A DNA stretch of 50,491 nucleotides, filler included, from Streblomastix strix (GCA_008636045.1; 3 parts of 3 records of this genome joined end to end with filler, not necessarily neighbours in it); one strand, 5' to 3'; positions 1-13,524 are shown, counted from the first letter of the whole stretch. Translations and numbers: made by a program. Notes: a model not told the origin generated them from the sequence alone.

Positions 1-706
1 GATAATAATAATACTCAATAACAAATGCATATATAATAATAATCTTCATCTAATGATCATCCTTCTTAATTACCACCTTCTCTTATGTTCTCATAATAGT
101 TTGGTGTTCTTCCAATTCCTTCTTCTTATCATTAATAATAAGAATAATAATATCATCCAAATATTGATCCAATTGATAATAGTGTTGGTCCAATATAGAT
201 TGATTCAGATGAGTAATAAGAATTAGTTTTAGAACAATAACCAGCACTTCGAGATTTAAATGATCTTCTTACTTATGAAGAAGAATGTACTGAAGGATTT
301 ATATGCCCAATTACATAAGAAGTATGTTAATATTGAAAAGAATATTAAATAATAATAATATTTATTTTTTATAATTTATTTAATTATCATGATTATTCCT
401 TCAATATTCATTTCATATTCAAATCTTCTTTAATATTAAGTTAATGACTGATCCAGTTCTTGCTGAAGATGGAGTATATTACGAGAGAGAAGCAATTGTA
501 GAATGGATGAAGAAAAAGAAATAATCTCCAGTCACACGTGAAATTATGACAGGTAAGTTCTTCCCTGATGAAGCACTGAAGAAACGCATTGAATGTGTGA
601 AATTTATTTTTAAACCAATATTTTATTAATTAAATATTTTTTATTATTTGCTTATTTATTCTGATCAGAATACAGGAAGCTTCACCCAGAACGTGCAAAT
701 CGTTGA
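1..706 (+). CDS. U-box domain protein (E3 ligase type), 3' part; 5' end outside window. Exons <1-321, 441-594, 669-706
   Basis: With TAR=Gln the spliced frame reads ...EECTEGFICPITQE|LMTDPVLAEDGVYYEREAIVEWMKKKKQSPVTREIMTGKFFPDEALKKRIEQYRKLHPERANR*, a typical U-box consensus. GT-AG introns at 322-440 and 595-668; TGA at 704-706. Confidence 0.9.
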
Positions 707-779
707 ATATTATTAAGTCTAATGCAATTTTATGATCCTATATATTTTTTAATAAATAAATTCAATTTAATAAATTAAA

Positions 780-973
780 AATTGGTTAAAATGGAATTTG
801 ATTGATTCAGTTTCTTTCAAGGAGCCGTGTTATCTTATTAATTTAATATAAGAGCATGCAATACTTAATGCACAGACTTTAATATCATGAAGCTTTCTCC
901 CAAAGAAGTCTTGGAGAGTTCTTTCAGATATTTCTTGTTCGATGTCACCAATATAAAGCGAGTTGTTTTGCAT
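780..973 (-). pseudogene. Truncated RRM fragment resembling poly(A)-binding protein RRM1 start
   Basis: ATG at 973 reads MQNNSLYIGDIEQEISERTLQDFFG..., similar to the RNP2/helix-1 of PABP RRM1 (SLYVGDL...). No RNP1 is visible downstream and the 3' limit is approximate. Confidence 0.35.
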
Positions 974-1588
974 GATTGTAAATAGCCGAATAAAATAAAT
1001 GTGCAATTGTAAACAAAAAAATATATGAATAGAGAAAATGATTAATTTGTGTTTAGCAATCTTTTTTTAATAAAATTAGATCAATTTCGGATTTTTTGAA
1101 TTTAGAATAAGCGTTTCTGATCATTTGAACCTCGTAGAAATTAATAATTTTCTTATTTTACAAATAATATAATATATATTAATATTAAAATTCATTGAAA
1201 TTGCATCAACAAACAGGAACGGTAAAAAGTCGATTTATTAAATTATTTGCTTTTATTATAGCTTAATACACAAGTTTTTATCTGATTAAAAAAGTAACTT
1301 AATATGCAAAAATTTATGATTTATTTAATAATTTATCATAAATTTTAATATATATTTATTATCTTTTTGGAAATATCACATGTAAAATTTTATTGTTTTT
1401 CCAGAATTATTACCTATATATTATTTATAATTTTGGAAAAAAATCCGTTTAATATATTTAATAAAATTATTAAATTCATTTAACTATTATAAATTTTATC
1501 TTATTATTGAAATTTTTAATAATTCAATTTTTTTATTTTATTTTTAACTTTGCTTTACTTTTTTCAATAATAATTAGAAATAATATCC

Positions 1589-3211
1589 ATGTCAAAGAAC
1601 AATTAAATGCAAATTTCTGATTTATTAAAGACTTTTTAATCATAGAAATCAAAAGATCATTTGAATGCTAAAGAAATTGATCGAATTTTCACAATAAGAA
1701 ATTTATCTGATATTGAAAAAACAAAATAAATTCAAGATCTTTGCGATCAAGCTGCTTAACTTGACTTAGATAATCTTGTCATTTGTGTAAATTACAATAT
1801 TTGTAAAACTATCAACGGCTGGCTTGGAGACTGTTTAACTCAATCCCAACAAGCTCTACTAATCCTCATTGAAATTTTTGCAAGAAGTGGATTGAAGTTA
1901 ATGAATTAAAAAATATAAAACTCATTCTTCTAAGCGATGTATAACAGTGGTTTGATTGAAAAGCTAAAATTACTTATTCATTAGAAAGATTCATTAGATC
2001 GGAAAGGGATTCAGTCATTTCCTGCATTCAGCAGTATAACAACATAGCTTCTTCAAATATATCTTTGTTTCAGTACAAGAAATGGAATTTAGCAAGACAT
2101 TAAAGTTATAATTTAGAACAATTTATCATAAAATGTTTCAGCCCTGATTGAAATGATAAAGAAGACTTAAATAGAAACGATAATTATAGATAAAAATAAA
2201 GTTGATCTAGAAATGGCATTTTCTCGTGGTGTAAAATATTTTAAAGCTATTTCATACATCTCAATTGATAGTTATGATGTTATTGAAAGTCAATCTTAGC
2301 TTTAAAATTTAGTTGCTCCTCTTCTTCACATCAACTGTCCAAATTAACTTTAGTGTCCAAAGCGCATTTCTTTACCTGATTCTCCTTTTGTGAATGAATT
2401 TCGAATCTCAATACTTAATGCAGTCCAACATCTTACATAAAATATTAATGCATATTGTTCCTCTTTGAATCAAAATCATAAGGTAGTTGTTCATATTGGT
2501 CAATTCTTGGTGAATTTCACAAAAGATCTCAACTCGATGCTTTTTCACGATGGAAAATTTAGCAATTCAATAACAACACCAGCTTCATCATCTGCTGAAG
2601 AATGCTAATTGTCGATCATTTTCTTAGATAATCTTCTCTAGATGAACACAGATCGAATTAAAGAATTATCAATAGTCCCTAAAGTGTTTGTTGCTCTTCT
2701 TAATCTAGTTATATTCAATGAGAGTGAACAATAATGTGCAGAAATAGTTTAACGAGCAGTTGATATCAGAAGTAAGAGTTTATCTTCATTATATCATATA
2801 CTGACATATGGAAATGCATAAATAAGAAAACATATTATTTGTGATTTGAAATATTATCATACATTAGTTGGAGTTATTGGAATTGGTGGCGCTTGCTAGG
2901 AAGAGAATGATATTGTGATTCATTAAGGAATAATCAGCTTCTATCTTATATTGCAATATTTTCGATTAGGGGACAGTTATAATCGATTTCCTTCCTAATT
3001 AGATTTGGTTAAAGTTGTTGAAGAGCAAATTGAGTAAGAAGGGGCTGATGAGGAAATTGAAACTCACATCTTCAATTTAAACTACTGTCCTTACTATGAA
3101 ATGACAAATAAATTCTATTTTAAGATTAATCACAAGAATTAATATTTGGATTGGTCAAATTATGAAGATATAGAAGAAGATATAGAAGATGACAGGGATA
3201 ATCCTCCTTGA
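1589..3211 (+). CDS. Intronless ~540-aa lineage-specific ARM/helical-repeat family protein
   Basis: Open frame from ATG 1589 to TGA 3209-3211 when TAA/TAG=Gln. Contains family motifs PLLHINCPNQLQC, VIGIGGACQEEND and VEEQIEQEGADEEIETHI, which recur in neighbouring genes. Confidence 0.8.
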
Positions 3212-3850
3212 ACATTTGAATACGGTGAGTAATATTGAATTAAATAAATGAAAATGAAATTAACTTATCTTTTATTTTTAATTTTTTTTATGAAATAAAT
3301 GTTCTGTGGGATTTATTAGCTTCTACTTTGATATTTAGTGGGTAAATTATATTAATATTAATTTGTACTACAAAATGATATCAATTAATTTTATACAAAG
3401 TAGTATTAAATTGTTGATTGACGGGAAATATTTTCATAATTTCATTTCTTTAAAATTACGTAGACAAATATATAAACTGATATTTAAAGACTACTTTATA
3501 TTTAATTATTAAATAAATTAATAATAGCACTATAATTATTTTGATTTTAAACACACATAAGCTCAGAAAATGCCGTTAAACTTTAATTTAATTAAATTGT
3601 ACTTAGAGCACGAAATAATAATTTAAAATATTTATATTTCTTAATTTTTACTGTAAAAACATATATTATATTTAAATTTCATATTTTTATAATTTAGTTA
3701 ATCATTTAAATAAGAGTTTTTCCAATTCATTTTTTCTAACACTTCAGCAATTTTAAAATATCAAAATTACACTCTATAAAATTAATATATTGTTGATTTA
3801 TTGTTATTTTCAGACTTGAACTTGTATCAATTTATTTAGCCATCATTCTG

Positions 3851-6800
3851 ATGAATATCATTGTAACTAATTTGAGTTATGATACAAAGGAATCTGAATT
3901 AATACAACATTTTGAATAGATTGGGAAAGTATAGTTTGTGCAGTTATTGCCAATCAACGATTAAAGCTATGATTCTACATATAATTAGGAATATCTTTCA
4001 GCAATTATTGTTATGGAGAATAAAGAAGATATAATATAGGCAGTAAGATCGCTTAATAATACTATTTTGGATTAAAGAAAAATCGAAGTTTGAATATCTT
4101 TGAATTAAGAAATGACTTATAAGCTTTTAGGTATGATAAATAAAAGCAATATTCTAAATTTTATTATGAATTTCCTGTTTTTATTATGAATTTTTATTTG
4201 TTTATTTTAAATTTGTTTTAATATTGAATAGTATAATCTCTAAATAAAAATATAATTGAAAATTTTAAATAGGATATTAGATAGGCAATTGATTCAGAGA
4301 TATTGTCTAATTCTTAGAAAGTATAAATGATGAATAAAAATCTCATTCAATGTAAAGAAGCTAACAGCTATTAATTATATGCATTTTTTAGCATAGAAAT
4401 TCAATAAATTATCAATAATGGTTTAAAGTCATTAGAATCAGAAGCTGAATTCATTCTTTTAGATATAATTGAGACTGTTGTTGAACGAGGTACTTAAATG
4501 AACAAGATTGCTAGCAGAGGATATTTTGAATAGATATTTTATCAAAACATGATCAAATCAAAATTGCTTGAAAAGATTAAAAATTTATTTTAATAATAAT
4601 TCTAGAAAGAAAAATAAAAATATAAGAACTAATTCTCAAAATTAACAGAATAACTGACTAGAATTTATTTATTTGCATCAAAATAATAAAGAATTGAATA
4701 TAGCATGATTGATATCTGTGTAGAAGTAATTACATGCAATATTTTGAAAAGTTTTGAAGTCATCAAAAAGATTACAAATGATGAATATGAAAAGAAAAAA
4801 ATAATTAAACTGAAAGATGATTGTTCAGATGATGGTAGTGACTATGATGAAGAATAAAGTAATGATGAAGAAGACAATGAAGAATTAGATGAAATATTTG
4901 ATATTGGATATAAAAACATTTAAATATGGAAGAAAAATAAACTAAATAATGAATAATAAAATAATGATTAGAAAGAATAACATTAACAAACAAAGGAGGA
5001 TTTTAATAATTAAATTAAATCAACAATTTTGATAATAAATGCTTTATAAAGTATTTTAAGTTCGAATATTTAATATTTAGTTGATAACTTTAAAATCCAC
5101 GAAAAAATTGCACCATTTATTCATATGAATTGTCATTAATCATTGAAATGCATTCATACAATCTATGTTCAACTAACTCCAGATTTGTATACATTATAAT
5201 CATTAATCTATGATATTCTTAGAGAATTATCATCAAATAATAATGTATAGTAATATCTTCTTTCTTAACATTCTATTCATTCACACATTGTATCTATCAT
5301 ATAATATTCATCTGATTATTATTAAATTAATTCAAATCTAACTATTCAATATTAAAATTAAATATCTCCAAATACTTAATTTTCAGATCTAATTTCAACA
5401 TCAATTAAATTCTTTAATGATTTTCTTATATCATCTTCTTCAAACATCAAATCCTCATTTTCATAACCAGAATTTATTTCACTGATAATTAAAATCCTTA
5501 ATAACAAATAATTCTATAATAGTAATAACAAAATTAATTTTGAAATTAAAGAGAAAATTATAATTTGTATTAAAGAAATTAGCGTTAATAATATATAATT
5601 ATAATAAATTCTTATTGATTCTAATTATATTGGAGCTCTTTCTTAATTAATTGGAATTGCAGGTGGTAATGAAAATGAAACAAACCAATATATTTATCAA
5701 GCAATACTTAATTTAAAGGACTTTCTTAGTAGAATTCAATATGAAAAAGATCAAGATAAATGTTAATAATTATTTCTACCAACATAATTTATTAAAAGTG
5801 CAGAAGAACAAATAGAATTTGAAGGAGGATTGGAAGAAATTGAATCACAGATATTTAATAAAGTAATGGACATTAATTTAAATTCAGTCAAAATTTAATA
5901 AATAATTTCAAACAGATTTGATGATCACTCCGATTTTGATATGAAATAAATTAATGAAAAACCAGATAATGCCAAAAAGAGCGTTATTCAGAATTACATT
6001 AGAATTCATGCTATGGAAAAAGAAATAGGTCTTTCAGATATAGTTTGACATTATTTAATAATTAATTATTTCATTTATTTATTTATTATATTACAGTATT
6101 TTGTTTTAATAATTTTTTAAAATGTATTATTTTAAATTAAATAATTATCTCATCAGATAACAGCTTCAATAATGAAATAAAATCTTCCTTATCTTACTTA
6201 ATTAGTATAAAGTAAGCAACTATTAAGTTAACAAATAACATAAACAGTCAAATTTCTTCTATCATTTGCTCACTTTATTGAAAATGTATTTAAATCAGTT
6301 GAACACTCTTACGATTAAAAAATTGAATCATTAATTTAACTTCATTCATAAATCAAGAATATTGACTAATAATAGCTTTAAATTTATTTCAATTAATCTG
6401 CTCAATTAGTCATTAATAAATTACTCAGTTTCTGCAATACTCCTTTATAGTGCATTCTTTTGGATATAGTCGAAACATTTGTTGATCGAATGGGTAGAAA
6501 TTCAGTGGATAATAAATGGATTAATCCACTGCTTTAATAAAATATATAATTTTTAATAAATTAGAAAATTTCAGATAATAAGTTAGACTAAAGATCAACT
6601 ATAACTGAATAATTATGCAGAATTTATATGTTTATTATGAAATAATAAATAATAGATTAGAAAATGGTTAAAACACTTACTGATGTCATCTCAAAAAACA
6701 TTGACAACTTATTATAAGTAATTAAGGAGGAACAGATTATGAATAATAAAAATAATACTGAAATAAATTTAATTTCATAACAAACAATCAATTTGATAAC

Positions 6801-8457
6801 AGCCTTAAAATGTGTTATATCAAAGAATAAAGAGTAATTTTTCAACAGTTTTAGAATTCATAAGGTAATAATTCCAATGATTCATTTGAACTGTCATTAT
6901 TCATTAAATTGTCATCATTCAATTAATATTCAACTGACACCAACATTATTAGAATTGCAATCGACAATATTATTTTTTATTGGAGAATTTTCATCTTAAA
7001 TTAATCTAATTGAAAGAGGTTAAAAGTTTAATATTTAGGATTAGATATAATAATTTTAAATATTACATTCTATAATTGCACATTTAACTGCTATTATAAT
7101 CAATTTCACTTCATAAAATATGCAATTTAACCATTAATTTAATTAATAATCATTTTATTAATCTTAACTTGTTCTTATTAAAGAAACTGCAAAGTTGCTC
7201 AATATTCAGTTCATTAATTAGCCTGAAAACATCTATATTTCTCTTTCTTCTTCATTATTAATACCATCTATGCTAATATTACTTAATTATAAATAAGATC
7301 TATTCAATAATATTGAGATTGATAATGTAATAATGTAAATTAGAGAGAATAGTCATATGTGTCTTGCCAAAATTCATTTATTTGGTGATGTTAAAGTTTT
7401 ATGTGAATTGTAAAGTTCCAATTATATTGGATCAATTATTTAATATATTGGAACTGCAGGTGGAAGCGAGAATGAAAGAAATGAATAAATATACGAAAGT
7501 ATTCGAAATATCAGAGATTTCTTAAATAATATCAAAAATGGGAGAAATGATAATAAATTTCCAAAATTAATGCCAAAACCATCTCTGATTAAACCCATAT
7601 AAGAATAAATAGAAGAATCGGAAGGATTAGAAGAAATTGAGTCATAGATTCTAAATAATAATAGCAAACAAATAAAAATGATTTCTAATGAAACAAAAGA
7701 ATTTATTAATAATTAATGCAAATTCATAAATCTTCCACCGCATGAAAAAGATAATTATTTTAGAAAAGTACTATTAGGAAAGATTGCAATAATTGATGAG
7801 CTTAATGCTTAATAGATTATGTGGCTCATATACACTCAAAGTAATTTTATATTGGATGTTTATATTAAAGATGATAGTTTGCTTTTCGATGAAATAATTA
7901 AGACTCAAAAAATATTACGTGAAACAACAAACTAATTATTTGTGTATAACTTAAACATTAAAACAAATGCACTTTCCTTATAACGTTTGTTTGGGAGTAT
8001 TGGCCCAGTCAAAAAAGTTAAGATCGTATACAAAGATGGCAGATATTTAGGCTGTGGTTTTGTAGATATGAAAGATGAACAAATGGTTTAAATAGCACAA
8101 TAATAATTGAATGGGAAAAAGCTAGATGGAAATTATATTATAGTTGAAGTTGTTAATTTCAAATCATAATAAATTAACTATACACATATTCAAAACCATG
8201 AATAAAACACTCAATAATTCAATCCACAATATTATTCACAACTTTCTTAAATTGAATAGAAATAATATCTCAAAAATTTATTAAAATAAAAGATATTGTT
8301 GATTGACAAGCTTAATGCTGAATAAATTGCATCGATATTAATGGAACGAGACAATAATGAATTGATTTAAATACTTCAATATGAATATTTATTTAATCAG
8401 AATGTACATGAAGTATAATAATAGTTATTGGAAGCAGGACTTCTAATGTTTTTCTGA
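3851..8457 (+). CDS. RRM - 2x lineage-specific helical domain - MLLE-like - RRM - MLLE(PABC)-like protein; exons 3851-4130, 4232-6042, 6157-8457; one in-frame TGA at 4091-4093
   Basis: N-terminal RRM MNIIVTNLSYDTKESELIQHFEQIGKV...AVRSLNNTILDQRKIEV. Phase-compatible introns at 4131-4231 and 6043-6156. Two copies of PxIHxNC / IG(I/T)AGG / EEQIE..GLEEIESQI. C-terminal RRM QLFVYNL...GCGFVDM...LNGKKLDG and MLLE-like EQKQYLKNLLKQKILLIDKLNAEQIASILMERDNNELIQIL. TGA at 8455-8457. Confidence 0.72.
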
Positions 8458-9075
8458 ATACGAACAATTGAATCAATCTTCTAATAATAAGAGAATCAAG
8501 TTTATATGTACATTATCAAAAGGATTAATTTTATTACTTTTACGAATTTTAACTTTACTGATTCGTTTTATTATTTCCCCCTTATTCATCCAATTCATAT
8601 TTTTAACATTATAATTCGTCAATAAAATCTCAATTTTTATTATTAAATATTTCATGAAATATTATGTGACCCGTTCTTTAAAAAGACTTCCAATATCGGC
8701 TCCTTTGTAGAAAAAATACATTTATATTTTGTTTATTCGTTTTTTTCGTTAATTTCAAAATATTATTATTGCAAATTGGCTTTATAAAATAAAATTCTTC
8801 AATTTATTACTTGTCATATATAAATTGTAATTTTTTTAACCAATTTTAGTTTAAAAAACTGCATATATATTTTTTGAATTTAATAACTTTCTACCCTATC
8901 CAAATCATTATTTGAGGATGAATTTCAATTCTAATAATATACTTAACATTATTATTGCATTATTATCATATATTTTCATTTTATTTGATTACTAACTGAT
9001 TGAATTAATTTTTTATTTTGATTTGTTTATAAACTCATGTCTTATTATTTTTTTTTTTTTGTTATTTAGAATTAA

Positions 9076-12000
9076 ATGGCAAAATAATCACGTTTAGAAG
9101 ACATTTAGACTAATAAAAAAGGGGAATATACTGAACTTGAAGGAGAAAACGCGGTATGACATATTTGTATAACAAATAATTCTCAAAATTACTTTTATTT
9201 TCGTATTTTATTTCACAATATAGAATATTTTCATTGAATTCATTGAGAAATTTGGCGATAATGTTGCATTGATAAGTGGAATTCCAGCAGATACAAAAAA
9301 AAAAGAATTAAATATTTTTTTGAACAAATATGATCAAAATCAGTATGATAAATTATTTTATTACTAGTATTTATAATTTTTCTATTTTATAGTTATATTT
9401 TATATGATAAAACCAATGGAAAAGAATTGAGATAAGCATTTGCATTAATTTCATCTCAAAAATCCTATTAAAACTTATTAAGTTAAAAATAACTGTTTTT
9501 CAAATCAACATTTATTTTGATCGAGAAATGCACATAATAATTAAAAGAAGTGTGGAAGATTAATTTAGAATTGAATTAAATAAATAATATAGAAAGAAAA
9601 TAATTGCATGCAAATAATCTCTATTAAAATGGCACATTATAACATTTTAATTAAATATTAGTTTAATTAAACACATTGAGATATGAATATAAAGAATAAA
9701 ATGGTATATGGCCTTCTTTATCAATGGATGATCTTTTTATTACAAAGAATTTATGTTTTATCCTTCATTTCATAATAGTCTATAATTTTAATTCAAGAAA
9801 GTCTATTAACAATATTGGAATACATACCTAGTTAATGAATCTTATTAATTCACTTTCTCTTCATGAAATAAATCGTTCGCACTCTTTATTCCTAAAAGCA
9901 GTTATTGTATATGGAAGCGATGAGATAAAATCTTAATTAATGAATAATTAAGGAATTCAGATATTTGCTCGCCTATTGGAACATTCAAATATATAAGTTA
10001 AAGATGATGCAATAAATTCCATATATAATATTCTTGATATTAATGAAAGTAGAATTGATATGCGAGACGAACATCCGCAATATTCTGAAATTAAAAACAA
10101 TGGAATAATTCATCTAATATTTTTGAATTGCATCATTAATGGGGAATAAGAGGAAATGAAAAGTATAGCAGCAATTATTCTTGGGACATTATTACGTGCT
10201 TAGGAATTAGACTCTTATTTGAAAGGAAAACTGATTTCTTAATTAAAATAAGACATAATAAGTGAAAATACAGATTAATATATTGAAAAAGGTTTGAATG
10301 TGCTTTGTGGATTAGCAATGAAAGAATGTATGCTTTATTATTATATATTTTGATTGAATTTATGATATTGTTTATTTTTTTTTATTTATTAAGCTAATAT
10401 ATCAGAGATAATTTCAGACAATTTCATTAAAGTAGTAATTGCTCATTCTAATTCAATTGTTGATAATATTAAGAGTTATTCTCTTGAATTATTATTATTA
10501 TTAGCTGAGAATGGTGGATATGAAGTTGAATAATTAATTAGAAATTAGATTGATAGTCTTTAATTCATGGAATTAATTGGAAATTGGGATCTTGATCTTG
10601 ATATTTGAATCATTAATATTTTAATTAAATGGATAACCATCAATGAGAATCTTAAAACTGTCAAACATCTTTTAAATTTATATCAATAATTTGAATAAGC
10701 AAATCAAGCAAACAAAATTGATATATTGAATGAGGAAGTAATTCCAATGATTCTATCCTTATTTACTTTTACAAACAAAATATTTTCAAAATCAGAATAA
10801 TATGAAAATATTACACCTGAAATTACTGGAATAATAAATTGTTGTTGCAAAATATTATCATTAATTTCTGATAATGAAAAAACAATACCAGTAATAATGA
10901 ATACAACTATTCCTATAGAATTGGCTAATATATTGAAATAAGTTCCGATTTAATAAATAAAACCAATTCATTTTGATCTTATTGATAATGCTTCAATATT
11001 ATTTAATACAAAAATAAACTAATAACTATATTAACTTGGAATAATTCAAATTTTATCACGGTTTCTCAATCATATATCTTCTAAAATTGTGGAAATAATT
11101 GTAAGTATAATAAGTAATATAATTTTTTCTGGAGATAATCATTGTTCATCGTGTTCTGATTGTAAAATATCTTATCTTCATAATATTAACCATCCTTATT
11201 TTGAATAACTATAAAAAGATGGAACAATACAAATACTTGAATAGATTCTATTAAAACATTAATAAAATGAAAATATTCAATAAAATACAATCAATTCATT
11301 AAGTTAGTTATACAAATATCTCGCTTTTCCATCACAATTATTGGATATTACATTAGATTTTATTATAAGATCCATAAAAGTTAACAATTATGGAGACATT
11401 AATATTGTTAGTGAAATAGAATCTCTTAAATATCTTTCATACCATTAAGATAATCATAATTCAATTCTCAGATATAATATTCTCCAATAATTAATCTTAG
11501 AATATGATAAATATGATAATTATACATAACAATATATAATTATATTATTCAATTATATTTATGAGATTGGAAATTCTTATACAAGAGAATAAATAAAATA
11601 AATAATACCAACTGAAAAGATTTAAATGATGATAAATAGATAGAAATATATTGGAATATTTTCTTATATGTCAAACGATGGTGAATAAAAAGATGATGCA
11701 TTTCAATTGTATTAACTTAATTTGTTATTACTCAAATTATTATCATGGCAAAATGAAGAATAAAAAATGAATTAAATTTTAACTATTAAAAATGAATTGG
11801 TAGATAAATATAAGAAATTAGAACATAATTAAGAAGAATAATATAAAATGGATAATTTCTCAATTTTAAAAACGAATATTAATAAGAATGAAGAAATTTT
11901 ATTTAAAAGTGTTAAAATGATGATATCAATAATTTAAGAGATTAAGGATTATGAATTGATTTAAGGATCATCTCTTATTGTAAGTGAAGGAATATATTCA

Positions 12001-13524
12001 ATTCAATTTCATCAAATTCAGAGATGGGATGAATTTTAACTTATTTAGACTATTGATTAATTACAAATTTTCATAAATGATTCAAATAATGAAACTATTT
12101 TTAACTTAATTGATGATAATATCTGCCGAAGTTTAGATTATATTATTAATGAATGCCAATAGAATATTTCATTATAATTGAAAGAGAAAACTGTTTATTT
12201 GGTGCTTTCAATTGCAGAACATGGTGTGTTAATGAGCAGGGATTATGAATATAATTATTTTTTTGATTAGTTAGATAGAAATTATGTTACATAATCAATT
12301 TAAACAATTTTGGAATGTGAAATAAATACAAATGAAAACAATGACATAAATTTAATAAATGAAAGAATAAAACTATATTCTGCGATTTCATATGGATTCA
12401 TATTCAAATAATATGATATTAATGAAAATATCTTAAATATTTGTTCAACAATTCTCTTCAATAAACTTATGTCTTTTATTCATTAAATTAAACAATAATC
12501 AATCATATCTAAAAATTAAGCATCAAATGAAATTGATAAAAATAATGAATTTAAATTATATTCAGAAGAAATTGAATTGATGGAAAAAATTCTTCTTGCT
12601 TTAGGATGTTTAGGATCAGATGATGAAAATGCATAATTCATGAATATTAATTTCAAAATCCATGAAATAATTTTACCATTGATTCATATCAATTGTGGTT
12701 GTTCATAATGCATTTCACTTTCAGATTAGTAATCCTTCACAAATATCATCTCTTATGTTTACTTTTCTCTTGCAAAATTAATGCAACATATTAATTAATA
12801 ATAAATTTATAATTTGAATTTATAGCATAATATTTTTAATCATTTAAATTCTTTTATTTTCACGACTACAGATGAAAATAATATAAATAATGAATTAATT
12901 CAAGCATCTTCATCATCATATATATTCAATCAAAAAACTAATGCATTATATCTTCTTCAATCTATGATGAGTTTATCTAATTAAATCAGGGATTAGCTTT
13001 TCTTAAATTCAAATTTGATTGAATTTATTATTAAATTTGCATAAGGTAAGAAAATATAAAATTTAACAACAAATGAGTCTAAATTGATATAAAATCGATG
13101 TTTGAGAATAATTGCAGAAGGAAATAAGAATTGTTCAATAGAATTGATCATTAATTAAATTCATAAATATAAATAAATGGAAATTGTATCCAAAATAATG
13201 AGTTGTTCTGGTGGAGATGGATCTGATGATGATTATGTATTAAGTTCAGTTCTAACTATTCTAATCAATTAGTTTGAAAGTCTTTCCTAATAAAACAATG
13301 AATATGAATCAATACAAATTGAAAATGAATTAAAAGATGAAATTGAAAAAGAAGGAATTTATGAAGAAGCTGATAACTATTTATTCCATACAGACAATCG
13401 ATAATATTTTGGCATTAAATAATATGGAATTTATTTAAAAAACTTATATGAGAAATAATAATAAATATAAGATGATGATGATGATGAAGATTAAAATGAT
13501 AATGAAAATGATGAATAAAATTGA
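9076..13524 (+). CDS. Divergent RRM + multiple ARM-like repeat family protein; exons 9076-9153, 9224-9342, 9393-10327, 10394-13524; one in-frame TGA at 10606-10608
   Basis: Three phase-compatible GT-AG introns. RRM-like VALISGIPADTKKKELNIFL...ILYDKTNGKELRQAFALISSQKSYQNLL; ARM-like FARLLEHSNIQVKDDAINSIYNIL...EHPQYSEIKNNGII...AAIILGTLLRAQEL; family motifs PLIHINCGCSQC, SCSGG and DEIEKEGIYEEAD; acidic tail; TGA TGA at 13522. Confidence 0.72.

Noticed and set aside
8473..8655. 60-aa minus-strand ORF after the RRM-MLLE gene
   Set aside because: Short and AT-rich with no motif; consistent with a chance ORF.
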